Below are positions 1 through 9,583 of a stretch of 64,000 nt of DNA, in pieces. The notes beneath the pieces are model-generated. The model saw only the letters and a program-made list of their open reading frames with translations, was not told the DNA's origin and did not search any database. A program made the translations under genes and the position numbers. Source of the stretch: an uncultured beta proteobacterium. Lineage in GTDB: Bacteria; Pseudomonadota; Gammaproteobacteria; Burkholderiales; Casimicrobiaceae. The first letter of the stretch is position 1. The number at the start of each line of letters is the position of its first letter. The DNA lies in contig CAVZLP010000013.1 in the NCBI GenBank assembly GCA_963776175.1, forward strand, positions 2,479 to 66,478, written 5' to 3'.

Positions 1-612
1 CTGCCCGAGATCGAGCTGATCGGGACTCAACAGCGACTGCCCTTGCCGGACCAGGTCGTCGGCGTCGGTGACGATGGCCACACCTTCGCCGGCAAAGCCG
101 AAGCGGCGTTTGAGGACCAGCGGGTAGCCCAGGGTCGCGGCGCAGGCGAGCGCCTCGTCGATGCCGTCCGCCACCGCGTACGGCGGCATGGCTACGCCCA
201 GCGCTTCGGCCGCCGGGGGCAGCAGTGTCTTGTCGATGCTGATCTGATAGAACGCCGGATCGCCGAGCGAGGTACGGATGAGCGTCTCGAGGCGCAAGCG
301 TGTGGCCGAGGGCAGGTCGGGGGGCGGCTCCAGCACCAGCGCGAACAACAGCCGGATAGCCATTTCGTCGCACGGCACCAGCAGGACGGGCGCAAGGTCG
401 TCGACGGCCGCGATCAGCGACTGCAGCCATTCCATCGGAATCGCGTTGCCGGCCAGCACGCGGCGTTTTGCGACATAGCGCGACTTGGCCGCAAGCGAAT
501 CCGCGGGCGCCAGCAACGACACTTCAAAATCGGCCTTGGCCAGCGCACGCGCCATTCGTGCCGGGCCGAGCCACTGCGAGGCCGTCGAAACCATCAGCAA
601 CGGTTCCCTCAT
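1..612 (-). CDS. ATP-grasp domain protein, N-terminal part (3' end runs off the window)
   Basis: Absent from the ORF track because it has no stop inside the window. The reverse complement from the ATG at 612-610 reads MREPLLMVSTASQWLGPARMARALAKADFEVSLLAP...AATLGYPLVLKRRFGFAGEGVAIV with high GC3. This is an ATP-grasp-like K...G-rich loop pattern. The + strand ORFs here are Arg-rich shadows. Confidence 0.6.
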   Translation of the reverse strand, partial: MREPLLMVSTASQWLGPARMARALAKADFEVSLLAPADSLAAKSRYVAKRRVLAGNAIPMEWLQSLIAAVDDLAPVLLVPCDEMAIRLLFALVLEPPPDLPSATRLRLETLIRTSLGDPAFYQISIDKTLLPPAAEALGVAMPPYAVADGIDEALACAATLGYPLVLKRRFGFAGEGVAIVTDADDLVRQGQSLLSPDQLDLGQ

Positions 613-652
613 CGAAAAGCGCTGCCCACGCGCAGGCAATGTCGTGCGCGCA

Positions 653-1672
653 TTATCGGGTCGGCAATCCGGCGTCGCGAATCACCGTTGCCCAGTGCTC
701 GCGGTCGGCCCTGATATCGGCGGCAAATCCCTCCGGCGTCCCTCCGAGCGGCTCCATGCCGAGGTTGGCAAGCTGCGCGCGTATGTCCTCCATCGCGAGA
801 ATGCGCGCCAGTTCGCCATGCAGCCGCATTACGATTTCACGCGGCGTGCCAGGGGGAACCAGCACGCCGTGCCATGTCACGACGTCGAAGCCGGGAAAGC
901 CCGATTCCGCCACCGTCGGGATTTCTGGAAACGCGGCAGCGCGCTGCAAACCGGTCACTGCCAGCGCGCGCAACTGCCCGGCGCGGATCAGCGTGGCCAC
1001 CGTCGCCAGATGCGTAAAGATCAGCGGCACCTCGCCGGCCAGCACGTCCTTGACCGCGGACGCCGTTCCGGCGTACGGAATCTGCAGCAGTCTGATCCCC
1101 GCGCGCTTGCTCAGCAGCGCCGCCGCCATGTGCGACGTCGATCCGATGCCGCTGCTGGCGTACGCGAGCGAGTCCGGCCTGCGCCGCGCGCGTTCGATCG
1201 TGTCGCTCAGCGATTTGACTTCCAGGCGCGGCGTAGCGGCAACGACGATCGCGAGGCTCGCCAGCTTGATCACCGGGACGAGCGCGGCATCGTCGACGAC
1301 GTCGCTGCCCTGTGTGCTCGGGACGATGGCGTTGGTGCCGTTGTTGCCAAGAAGGAGCGTGTAGCCGTCGGGCGCCGCCTTGGCCATATATTCGAGCGCA
1401 ATCCGTCCCGCGGCGCCGGCCTTGCTTTCGACGATGACAGGTTGCCCCAGCGCGTCGCTCAGCCGCGCTCCGATGATCCGCGCGAGAATATCGCTGGTGC
1501 CGCCGACAGTGTTGGGGATGATGAAGCGGATCGGACGCGACGGATAGTCGCCGGCGTTCTGGGCGAAGACGGTCGCGCCGTTCGCCGCCGCAAGCAGAAG
1601 CGCGAGCCGGCGGATGAACCGACGACGCGAACAAGTACGCGAGGCGGCGGATTCCGCCGGTATCGTCAGCAT
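653..1672 (-). CDS. Bug-family (TctC-like) tripartite tricarboxylate transporter substrate-binding protein
   Basis: 339-aa ORF with a Tat-like signal (SRRRFIRRLALLLAAA). Typical Bug motifs are present: YPSRPIRFIIP, GGTSDILAR, PDGYTLLL, AYASSGIGSTSH, IPYAG, PEIPTVAESGFPGF. Confidence 0.9.
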   Translation of the reverse strand: MLTIPAESAASRTCSRRRFIRRLALLLAAANGATVFAQNAGDYPSRPIRFIIPNTVGGTSDILARIIGARLSDALGQPVIVESKAGAAGRIALEYMAKAAPDGYTLLLGNNGTNAIVPSTQGSDVVDDAALVPVIKLASLAIVVAATPRLEVKSLSDTIERARRRPDSLAYASSGIGSTSHMAAALLSKRAGIRLLQIPYAGTASAVKDVLAGEVPLIFTHLATVATLIRAGQLRALAVTGLQRAAAFPEIPTVAESGFPGFDVVTWHGVLVPPGTPREIVMRLHGELARILAMEDIRAQLANLGMEPLGGTPEGFAADIRADREHWATVIRDAGLPTR

Positions 1673-1730
1673 CGGTTCAGAGTTCTGCGCCAGCGAGACG
1701 CCGAATTGCCGGCACGCGCATGTCCCTTTC

Positions 1731-3002
1731 CTAGCGCATGTTGCCCGTGTGACCCAGCGAGTAGCGGCCCGGCTGCGGCCACACGGTAAGTCCGTGCGGC
1801 TCGCGACCGACCGCTATTTTCGAGACTTCGCCGGATGCAGTGTCGATCGCGTAGACGACGTTGTCGTAACGACCGGCAAGCCACAGGCGCTTGCCGTCGG
1901 CGCTGACGTTGCCCATGTCCGGGCTGCCGCCGCCCGGGATCGGCCACGTGATCTCGACCTTGCGCGTGGCGAAGTCGATGACCGACACGCTGCCCTTGCC
2001 GTGCGGCGGTCCGTGAATCTTGTTCGATCCGCGATTGGCGACGTAGAGCTTTTTACCATCGCGGCTCGGATAGAGGCCATGCGTACCGATGCCGGTCGGA
2101 ATGAAATCGATTTGCCGGAACGCGGCGCCGTCGACCACGAATACTCCGTCGGCTTCCATGTCGGCGACGTAGAACAGCTTGCCGTCCGGCGAGACGCGGA
2201 TGTCCTGCGGCATGCTGGGGGCCATGGTGTGCGGTTTACGCTCGACACCGGTCCGGGAGTTCGATGCCATGCCTGGCGGTGCCGGCTTGCTGAGCTTCAG
2301 GTAGCCGAGCACCTTGCGCTCGACCATGTCGATCTTGACCAGGCCGCCATCGAATTCGCAAGTAAATATCGCGAAGCGGCCGTCGATGGAAAAGTCGGCG
2401 TGATTGATGCCGTCACATTGCGGCGTCGCGAGCGACGCCTGCATTTGCATCGAATGCGGATCGCGAAAGTCGAGCCGTTTACGCGACTCGGCGACGACGA
2501 TGGCGGAGCGTCCGTCCGGCGTGAAATACATGTTGTACGGATCGTCGACGACGATCGGACGCCCGGGCTTGCCTGTGACGGGGTCGATCGGCGTCAGGCT
2601 GCCGTCGGCGCGGTTCTCGGCATTATTGGCGACCCATAGGGTCTTCAGGTCCCACGACGGAACGACATGCTGCGGATTGACGCCCACCTTGAAGCGATCG
2701 ACGACTTTCATCGTCGCTGGGTCGATCACGTAGACATCGTTCGACTGAACGTTGGGCACGTAGACGCGGGGCAGCGCACCAGCGACGGCCGCGCTCAGCT
2801 TGCCGGCGCCGGCTTCGCTGTACAGGTTGTTTGGATCGGGTACCGGCGGCATGCCGGGGACAGTCACGACGGCTTCGGTAGCCGGGGAGGGCGGCACATC
2901 GCCGGCGGCGGTGAATGAGAGTACGACGGCGCCCAGGTAAAGCGTTGCGACCAGCGTGCGGGGGGTGATCGGTGCTGACATCGAGCGTCCTGTGATCGGC
3001 AA
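1731..3002 (-). CDS. YVTN-family beta-propeller repeat protein, secreted
   Basis: 423-aa ORF with an N-terminal hydrophobic signal. It has repeated ~40-residue units of the type D..VYVID...KVV..F.VG..P (NDVYVIDPATMKVVDRFKVG, KLFYVADMEADGVFVVD, KLYVANRGSN, SVSVIDFATRKV). Confidence 0.8.
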   Translation of the reverse strand: MPITGRSMSAPITPRTLVATLYLGAVVLSFTAAGDVPPSPATEAVVTVPGMPPVPDPNNLYSEAGAGKLSAAVAGALPRVYVPNVQSNDVYVIDPATMKVVDRFKVGVNPQHVVPSWDLKTLWVANNAENRADGSLTPIDPVTGKPGRPIVVDDPYNMYFTPDGRSAIVVAESRKRLDFRDPHSMQMQASLATPQCDGINHADFSIDGRFAIFTCEFDGGLVKIDMVERKVLGYLKLSKPAPPGMASNSRTGVERKPHTMAPSMPQDIRVSPDGKLFYVADMEADGVFVVDGAAFRQIDFIPTGIGTHGLYPSRDGKKLYVANRGSNKIHGPPHGKGSVSVIDFATRKVEITWPIPGGGSPDMGNVSADGKRLWLAGRYDNVVYAIDTASGEVSKIAVGREPHGLTVWPQPGRYSLGHTGNMR

Positions 3003-3038
3003 ATGGCGAATTATCGCCGAAATCGCCCGCCTCGCCGA

Positions 3039-3849
3039 TTACCGATGCCTGGTCGCCTTCCGAATCGCCTCCACGGTTTGCCTAACGACGATATCGACAC
3101 CAATCTGCCCGAGCTCCGCAGTGGCGCGACGCGGGTCGCCGTAGATGCCTTGCGCGGCGGTCGGCTTGCCGGACGAGCCAAGTCGGTCGGCCCGAACCAG
3201 ATCGGGCGCGAGCGCGAGCGTCAGCGACGTATCGGCCAATCCGGCATGCGAACCGATTTCCTCGTCGGAATAGCCGCGACGCTTCAGCTCCTGCACATAC
3301 GCCGTCTGCGTGACGCGGTAGTACTCCTCGATCGCGTGCACGCGCGTCCCCTGCGCTTGCCATTCGCGGTTGAGGCGGCTCGCGACGGCGAGCTCGTTTT
3401 TCTGGTAGCCACCGTGATCCCCGAGAAAGACGATGTCGCGAAAGCCGGCCCGACGCAGGCTCCGCGCCGCGTATTCCAGCGTTTTTTCGAACGTGGCGTC
3501 GGGAACCGTGATGGTTCCGGGAAATCGCATGTGCTGCGTCGGCGGATCGACGTTACCTTCCGGCACGTAAGCGATCACCGGCGCCACGCAGAGCATCGCC
3601 CAGGGTGCGCGCGATCTTCTCCGACAGTGCTTTTACCCGGACGTTGTGCTTGCCCAGCGCCATCAGCGGGCCGTTCTGCTCGGTCGCGCCGATCGGAACG
3701 ATGATCGTGGTCTTGCCGGCGGCTATGCCGTCGCGCAGCTCGGTCCAGGTCAGATCGTCGATGAACACGCTGGCTTGCGGCTGGGCCATCGCCACGGCGG
3801 CGGCGAGCGCCCAGGCGCAAAGCGCGCCGCGGAAGATTGCAGCAATCAT
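3039..3849 (-). CDS. creatininase-family amidohydrolase, frameshifted as assembled
   Basis: ORF 3553..3849 gives the signal peptide plus TTIIVPIGATEQNGPLMALGKH. ORF 3039..3596 continues with VAPVIAYVPEG...FPGTITV...FLGDHGGYQ...GSHAGLADTS. The two are one creatininase-type protein split by a 1-nt frame change near 3590-3600. Confidence 0.8.
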
Positions 3850-4010
3850 CGGCGAATCTTAGGCGATTGGGGGGATGAGAGCCAAGCCGAGCTCTTCGCT
3901 CTGGCACGGTTGAGCGAGGTCTTGCTACCGGGACGGCGTGCGATGGAGGAGGCGGGGCTCCGGCGTGGGGCGCTGGAGGCGCTGACGCGTCTGCTATAAT
4001 TCGTGGCCAA

Positions 4011-4088
4011 GCGCCCGTAGCTCAGTTGGATTAGAGTACCTGGCTACGAACCAGGGGGTCGTGGGTTCAAATCCTGCCGGGCGCGCCA
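4011..4088 (+). tRNA. tRNA-Arg (anticodon ACG)
   Basis: The cloverleaf can be drawn by hand: acceptor GCGCCCG/CGGGCGC, D arm GCTC..GAGT, anticodon arm CCTGG-CTACGAA-CCAGG (ACG at 4046-4048), T arm GTGGG-TTCAAAT-CCTGC, and G-CCA encoded. The T stem has two wobble pairs. Confidence 0.85.
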
Positions 4089-4096
4089 GACAATCA

Positions 4097-4128
4097 AAGG
4101 GTTGCATCGATGCAACCCTTTTTCTTTT
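4097..4128 (+). terminator. rho-independent terminator after tRNA-Arg
   Basis: Perfect 10-bp stem AAGGGTTGCA / TGCAACCCTT with a TCGA loop, followed by TTTCTTTT. Confidence 0.8.
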
Positions 4129-4176
4129 GGTCGGGCTAGCACCGGGCTAGCACGGGCTAAAGAGAGTCGTCGAACG

Positions 4177-4476
4177 ATGGGCAAACGATCCAGCGAGCCG
4201 CGAAGAGTGAGTCCCATGGCCTTCATCAATGGGGCGCGCTCGTACCAGGAAGCGGCGAATCAACTTCTTGCGATTGGAGTAGCTCGCGGTGCAGCGGCCG
4301 ACGGACCAGCGCTCACTGACCCAATTTACTTTCTGTACTTTCATGCGGTCGAGCTAGCTCTAAAAGGGTTCCTCGTCGCGCATGGACGCAGGTTCCGGCA
4401 ATCTGGACCTAAAGGCCATGACATACGAGCGCTATATGAACTGGCCTGCGATTGTGGACTGGCCGCGGCGACCTGA
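4177..4476 (+). CDS. hypothetical protein, HEPN-like helical fragment, 3'-truncated by IS insertion
   Basis: MGKRSS...SYQEAANQLL...IYFLYFHAVELALKGFLVAHG...HDIRALYEL resembles the first helices of HEPN-type domains. Its stop codon TGA (4474-4476) coincides with the TGAC... terminus of the IS element. Confidence 0.35.
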   Translation: MGKRSSEPRRVSPMAFINGARSYQEAANQLLAIGVARGAAADGPALTDPIYFLYFHAVELALKGFLVAHGRRFRQSGPKGHDIRALYELACDCGLAAAT

Positions 4477-4484
4477 CACCCGAT

Positions 4485-5360
4485 TTAGTCCGAGTTGCGG
4501 TTAGAGTCCGCGGGTAACGATACGCTTTCTTTGTCCTTCGCCAAACGGCTTTCAGCGAACTCCTGCGGTGTCAGGTTGCCGAGTGAGCTGTGTGGTCGCT
4601 CAGTGTTGTATTCGATGCGCCAGGCTTCGATGATACGACGGGCATGGGCCATGGTCAGGAACCAATGCTCGTTCAGGCACTCATCGCGGAACTTGCCGTT
4701 GAAGCTTTCGATGTACGCATTCTCATTCGGCTTCCCCGGTCGAATAAACGATAGATGTACCTTCGCGCCGTACGCCCAGGTGTCGAGTACCTGGCCTTCG
4801 AACTCCGGGCCATGATCGACGGTGATGGATTGCGGCAGCCCGCGGGTCTCGGCCAGCCTATCCAGCACGGCTTGTACGCGCGTCCCCGTGAGCGACGTAT
4901 CGGCCTCGATCGCCACGCACTCCCGCGTGCAGTCGTCCACAATGTTCAGGCAACGAAACCGTCTGCCGGCAGCCAGCCCGTCAGACACAAAGTCCATCGA
5001 CCAGCTCAGGTTCGCCGCCACCGGCTTCGGCAACGGCTTCCGCTCGACCAGCCCAATACGCTTGCGCTTGCGCCGCTGCACCGCCAATCCGGCATCACGG
5101 TAGATCCGATAGACCCGCTTGCGGTTGACCGGCCAGCCTTCACGTCGCAAGCGCAGATACACCCGGCGATACCCGTAGCGGCGCTTGAGCGCGGCAATCG
5201 CCTCGATGCGAGACCGCAAAGCCGTGCTATCGGGCCGGCGGCTGCGATAGCGATACAACGACCGAGAGATTCCTACCAGCCCGCAAGCGCGCGTCACGCC
5301 AAAGTCCCGTTCCATCAGCAGCAGAGTGACGGCTTCGCGCTTCGCCTGCGGGCTCACCAT
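4485..5360 (-). CDS. IS3-family transposase OrfB (DDE integrase core)
   Basis: 291-aa ORF with [61 protein letters not shown] and [11 protein letters not shown]. These are canonical rve-domain motifs. Confidence 0.92.
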   Translation of the reverse strand: MVSPQAKREAVTLLLMERDFGVTRACGLVGISRSLYRYRSRRPDSTALRSRIEAIAALKRRYGYRRVYLRLRREGWPVNRKRVYRIYRDAGLAVQRRKRKRIGLVERKPLPKPVAANLSWSMDFVSDGLAAGRRFRCLNIVDDCTRECVAIEADTSLTGTRVQAVLDRLAETRGLPQSITVDHGPEFEGQVLDTWAYGAKVHLSFIRPGKPNENAYIESFNGKFRDECLNEHWFLTMAHARRIIEAWRIEYNTERPHSSLGNLTPQEFAESRLAKDKESVSLPADSNRNSD

Positions 5361-5503
5361 TTTCGGTGTAGCAGGTCCTTCAAGGCGGCTTTATCGAGCT
5401 CCGCTTCGGCCAGCAAGCGTTTGAGCTTGGCGTTCTCCTGCTCGAGCTCCTTCAGCCGCCGGGCCTCCGACACCGTCATCCCCCCGTACTTCGCCTTCCA
5501 GTA
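5354..5503 (-). pseudogene. IS3 OrfA remnant (C-terminal leucine-zipper part only)
   Basis: The reverse complement reads [49 protein letters not shown] and ends in AAAATGGTGA, overlapping the orfB ATG. The N-terminal HTH is missing. Confidence 0.8.
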
Positions 5504-5768
5504 TAATATTATAAATATATTAAAATTATTAAATTGAAATTAAAAAAATTAAATTAATTATAAATAAAATAAATAATATATTATATAATATTATATATAT
5601 AATTAAATAAAATATTAATTTTAAAAAAAAAATAAATGATTAAATAAAATAAAATATTAAATAAAATAATAATTAATATAATTTAAAAAAAATTATTAAT
5701 TAATTAAAATTAAAATTTAATAGTTAATGTTATCTAGAATATATAGGATTTAAATTAAAAAAAAAAAA
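5504..5768. repeat. 265-nt extremely AT-rich low-complexity tract
   Basis: By my count there are only 8 G/C bases in 265 nt, in a roughly two-thirds GC context. Variations of TAAATAAAATA and poly-A runs recur, stops occur in all frames, and both borders are sharp. Confidence 0.95.
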
Positions 5769-5813
5769 CTACGAACCAGGGGGTCGTGGGTTCGAATCCT
5801 GCCGGGCGCGCCA
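5769..5813 (+). repeat. direct repeat of the tRNA-Arg 3' half (putative island att site, copy 2)
   Basis: CTACGAACCAGGGGGTCGTGGGTTCGAATCCTGCCGGGCGCGCCA matches 4044-4088 with one mismatch. There is no 5' half, so it is not a functional tRNA. Confidence 0.9.
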
Positions 5814-5822
5814 GACAATCAA

Positions 5823-5855
5823 GGGCTTGCAGAAATGCAGGCCCTTTTCATTTTT
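5823..5855 (+). terminator. terminator-like hairpin duplicated with the tRNA fragment
   Basis: GGGCTTGCA-GAAA-TGCAGGCCC followed by TTTTCATTTTT. It sits in the same position relative to CCA as the terminator at 4097. Confidence 0.6.
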
Positions 5856-5965
5856 CAATCGGTCCGCTTCCTCCCGCGTCAACCAGCGAATGTGCCGTTT
5901 GGGTTCCGGCAACATCCGCACGCGCGGGGCTTTGGCAATCAGTCCCGATCGAAAGCCGCTCGCCT
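5856..5965 (-). pseudogene. possible tyrosine-integrase remnant
   Basis: The minus-strand peptide ...GLIAKAPRVRMLPEPKRHIRWLTREEADRL resembles the linker region of phage-type integrases (V..LKEP.GR.R.LT.EE..RL). It abuts the tRNA fragment. Only about 35 residues are recognisable. Confidence 0.3.
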
Positions 5966-6232
5966 GACAACCGCCACAGTCAAATCGTTGAGAGCGGTCG
6001 TTCGACGGCGCTATCGAGCAATAATTGTCACTCGCGGCGCCGCCAGCTGTTCGTCTTGCTTGCGCTGTTGCCGGCTCCGACGGGGTATCGGGTATCCGAC
6101 TGCGCTCGGCGTCGGGTTTGCGGAGCCAAACCAACGGACAGTCTCAAATGTAGATAGGCACACTTTGTGCTTGTAGATTACAGCGCCCAATACAGGCTTG
6201 GCTCCCTCTATGCAAAGTTCCCGACTGCAGTG

Positions 6233-7628
6233 ATGTCCCCCCGCGATCCCACTACCAATATCGCGCTTCAGACGCTGCGGGCATCAGAAAGCCGCTACCG
6301 GCGACTTTTTGAGACCGCTCGATCCGGGATTCTGCTTCTTAACGGTGACACTGCCGAGATCGAAGAGGTCAACCCCTGCTTGATCGAGATGCTTGGCCTC
6401 TCGCGTGCCGAGCTACTGGGGAAAAAGACTATGGGAAGTGGGCGCGTTCGCGGACAACCCCAAGAGCAAAGAAATGTTCCGCGAGCTGCAAACCAAGGGC
6501 TGTGTCCGAGACGAAGATTTTTGGCTTCGTACGGCAGGAGGAACACAAATCGAAGTTGAATTCGTAAGCAATACTTTCGAGTGTGACGGCATCAAGCTAA
6601 TCCGGTGCGACGTTCGCGACATTACCGAGCGCAAGCGGGCCGAAGAGCAACTGCGTGCGGCCGAAGAGCAGTTCCGTGGCCTGGTCGAGCAACAGATCGC
6701 TGGCGTCTACATTATTCAGGATGGCAGGTTCATCTATGTAAATCCACGCTGTGCCGAGATTGTCGGTAGGGGCTCGACGAATGAACTGATCGGCACCGAT
6801 CCGGTGCGGTGGGTCGCCGAGGCCGACCAAGGTGTGGTCGCGGAACACATTCGCAGCCTGCTTGACGGCGAAACAAGTAGCGTCAAGTTGGAGTTTGGCG
6901 TGCAGCGTCGTGACGGAAGCGCGACCCAGGTCGGCGCACATGCCGCACGGACGACGCGCGAGGGCCGCCCCGCGATCATCGGCCTGGTGCAGGATATTTC
7001 GGAGAAGAAACGGGGCGAGGATGAGACTCGGCGTCACGTCGAGCAACTCAAGATTGCGTTCATGGGTACGGTCAAGGTCGCAACGATCATTAGCGAGATT
7101 CGCGACCCGTACACGGCCGGCCACGAGCGGCGGGTGGCGGAGCTTGCAGTCGCCATTGGCGACGAGCTTTGGCTCGACAGCACCCGGCTGGAGGGATTAC
7201 GGGTCGGCGGCCATCTGCACGATATTGGCAAGATGACCGTACCGTTAGAGATCCTTTCCAAGCCCGGCAAACTTAGCCCATTGGAGATGCAGTTAATTCG
7301 GGGACATGCCCAGGCTGGCTACGATGTGCTGAAGGACGTGGCGTTTCCTTGGCCGGTGGCGCAGATCGCGCTGCAGCACCACGAACGGGTGAACGGCAGC
7401 GGCTATCCGCAAGGGCTCAAGGGCGAGGCAATCTTGCTCGAGGCCCGGATAATGGCGGTGGCAGATGTGGTCGAGGCGATGTCCTCGCACCGACCGTACC
7501 GGCCCGGATTGGGAACCGAGACGGCTCTGGCCGAAATCGAGCGGGGCCGCGGAACGTTGTATGACGCGAATGCGGCAAATGCCTGCCTGTGTCTGTTTCG
7601 TGAGAGGCGCTACCAGTTAAACGGTTGA
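6233..7628 (+). CDS. PAS-PAS-HD-GYP domain signalling protein, frameshifted as assembled
   Basis: The N-terminal PAS (SESRYRRLFETARSGILLL...) is in ORF 6167..6559. The rest is in ORF 6393..7628: a second PAS, then HD-GYP motifs HLHDIGK, HHERVNGSGYP and ADVVEAMSSHRPYR. The frame change lies at the A5 run near 6424 (GGGGAAAAAGAC). Confidence 0.85.
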
Positions 7629-7800
7629 TACCACGGCGACCACCTCCGCGACCCATCAGTTCTGACCAATGTCCGGGAACTGGGTGAGGCTCGAACTCAT
7701 CACGTAATTTCGATTGATCTGATTTCTCGCAAGTGTCCGTTCATGGCCGTACGAAGAAGTGCGCGAAGGTCCGCTTCTCTAGGGTACGACTGGCAGCAGC

Positions 7801-8013
7801 GTCGATTGCGGCCGGTCGTCATCGGCACGAGGTTTTTCAAATCGACGATTCATGGTGAAGTAGAGTGCTGGAATTTCTGCTTCGATTCACAGCGAATCAA
7901 TGTAGCCGGACCGTAGCTTCGCCACGCTCTTGACGCTTCCCTTTGGACGTTGAGTAGCTACACCCGGAATTGGCGGACGCTGCAAGGAATTGATTTAGCT
8001 ACAGGCCAATTTC
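7801..8013 (+). repeat. 213-bp direct repeat, copy A
   Basis: Aligns without gaps to 9584-9796 with 8 mismatches by hand alignment. Confidence 0.9.
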
Positions 8014-8422
8014 ATTTTGGCCCCTACGAACCGCTGCTTCGCATTCGCACTTGCGCGTCATTCACTAGCCGTCTCAGCCGCTTAGGTCGGTTTGCATATC
8101 GGTCGACCGACGCGGTGTAGCCATAATGTATCTACGGACCGCGCGTTGGAGGGACGCGGGCGGATCCATCGCTACGCGCTTCAACGGCGCGTCTGCATTC
8201 GGCCAGTCCAGTCGCTCGCCACAGGCGGCTTCCTCGCATCTCACTAGGCCAGAGTTGCCGCGATGAAGCGCGGGGTCGGCGCATGCCCGAGAACACAAGC
8301 TCGGGGAGTTTCGTCTTGGCGGGCTGCTTTCTGGTGCGCACGGGCAAAGGCGCACCGCGCCTCAGATGCCCGCGCTTATCGCAAATGCCGGTCGGGCTTG
8401 CACAGCCTTGGCCGGGACTCCG

Positions 8423-9233
8423 CTATCCCGCCGCCACGATCACATGCGCCTGAATTTTGCCGGCCACCGGGCCTTCGCCATGGCGGCTGGCGATCGCCTC
8501 CGTCGCGCGGTCCGTAGCGAGCTGAAGCAAGCTGGCGTCGCGCGCCTCGATTTCGTTGCGCAGCGGCGTTCCCTGGCAATAGGCGGTGGCGGCGTCGCGT
8601 GCCGAGGGCGCGCGACTCACCTCCTCGCGCGCTCGATCTCGATGTCGGCGAACCCTGCGCGGCTCAATTCCTCGCGGATCAGTGCGATATCGTGATAGCC
8701 GTGCGGCGTGCGGGCGAGGAATCGCGGAGGGTCGTGCGGAAACACCGCGGCGACGGCGTTGGTGACGTCGTCGGCAAAGGCGTTCTCTTCGATGCGGTCC
8801 CAGACATTGAAGACAAAGCGCCCGCCTGGCCCAGCACGCGACGCGCCTCGGCGTAGCCGGCGACCCGGTTGGGAAAGAACATCGCGCCGAACTGGCAGCA
8901 AACGACGTCGAACGAGGCATCTTCGAACGGCAGGTCGAGCGCGTCCGCCTGCCGCCATTCGATACGGCTGTCGGACCCCTGCCGCGTGGCGGCATAGTCG
9001 AGCATGGGCTGGTTGAGGTCGGTCACCACGTAGCACGCGTCGGCGCGGAGTTCCGGCGCAAGCGCCCGCGTGACCACGCCGCTGCCGGCTGCCGTTTCAA
9101 GCACCGAGCCGGGCGAGGAGGCGGCGACAAGCTCCGCCAGGTCGGTGGCATAGGCCTCGAAGATCAGGGGGACCATCAGCGAGTCGTAGAACTTCGGGAT
9201 CGAGCCCGCGAACACCTTGTCGCTCTCAGCCAT
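8423..9233 (-). CDS. class I SAM-dependent methyltransferase, two frameshifts as assembled
   Basis: The protein is spread over three frames. Frame 1 reads MAESDKVFAGSIPKFYDSLMVPLIFE...VLETAAGSGVVT...FDVVCCQFGAMFF. Frame 2 reads GPGGRFVFNVWDRIEEN...HGYHD. Frame 3 reads ...AYCQGTPLRNEIEARD...GKIQAHVI. Confidence 0.75.
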
Positions 9234-9583
9234 GAGACCCCCTTGAAAGCTCTGAACGGCGCCCTTGACCACGCATTCCAGAGCGGGCCAGGCCTCTCCA
9301 ACGAGTCCGCCGCCTAGTTTGGGCATTGGCGACGATGCGCTATGGTGGCCGCGCATGCCAGCCTCGTCAACGTCGTCCTGCGGTCTTCTCCGTCATGCTT
9401 GCCGGCTACTTTGCCGGACATTCCCGCCCGCGTAAGGCGCGTCAGGCGCGTTCAGCCCATGGATTCAGGGCGAATGGCTGCTGACTGGCGTCGAACGAAT
9501 GCTTACGTGGCAGCGCTGTCGCGGTGATGCTGCGAATGGCGGCTGTCGGGCGAGCAATCTCAGCCGCCGTATGGCCGATATGG

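Larger units (their letters stand above)
4474..5503 (-). mobile_element. IS3-family (IS407-like) insertion sequence, 5'-truncated
   Basis: One end starts at TGACACCC (4474). orfB is intact, but orfA is cut after about 50 C-terminal codons at 5503, where the AT-rich tract begins. No second inverted repeat is present. Confidence 0.8.

Noticed and set aside
3994-3999. TATAAT hexamer 12 nt upstream of tRNA-Arg as its promoter -10
   Set aside because: It is plausible, but I could not find a matching -35 element at 16-18 nt spacing. The evidence is too weak to annotate.
4755-5537. 260-aa + strand ORF running from the IS into the AT-rich tract
   Set aside because: It is antisense to the well-supported IS3 transposase and ends in low-complexity YNIINILKLLN. 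It is not coding, and the AT tract has stops in all frames.
8020-8032. CTACGAACC 9-mer shared with the tRNA-Arg anticodon arm, as a possible fourth att remnant
   Set aside because: Only 9 nt match and the flanks do not align with the tRNA. A chance match is likely.
8014-8420. Possible small genes (ORFs 8074..8355(-), 8132..8347(-), 8263..8517(+)) between repeat copy A and the methyltransferase
   Set aside because: There are no motifs and no RBS, and the candidates are mutually overlapping with poor composition. I could not support any call.
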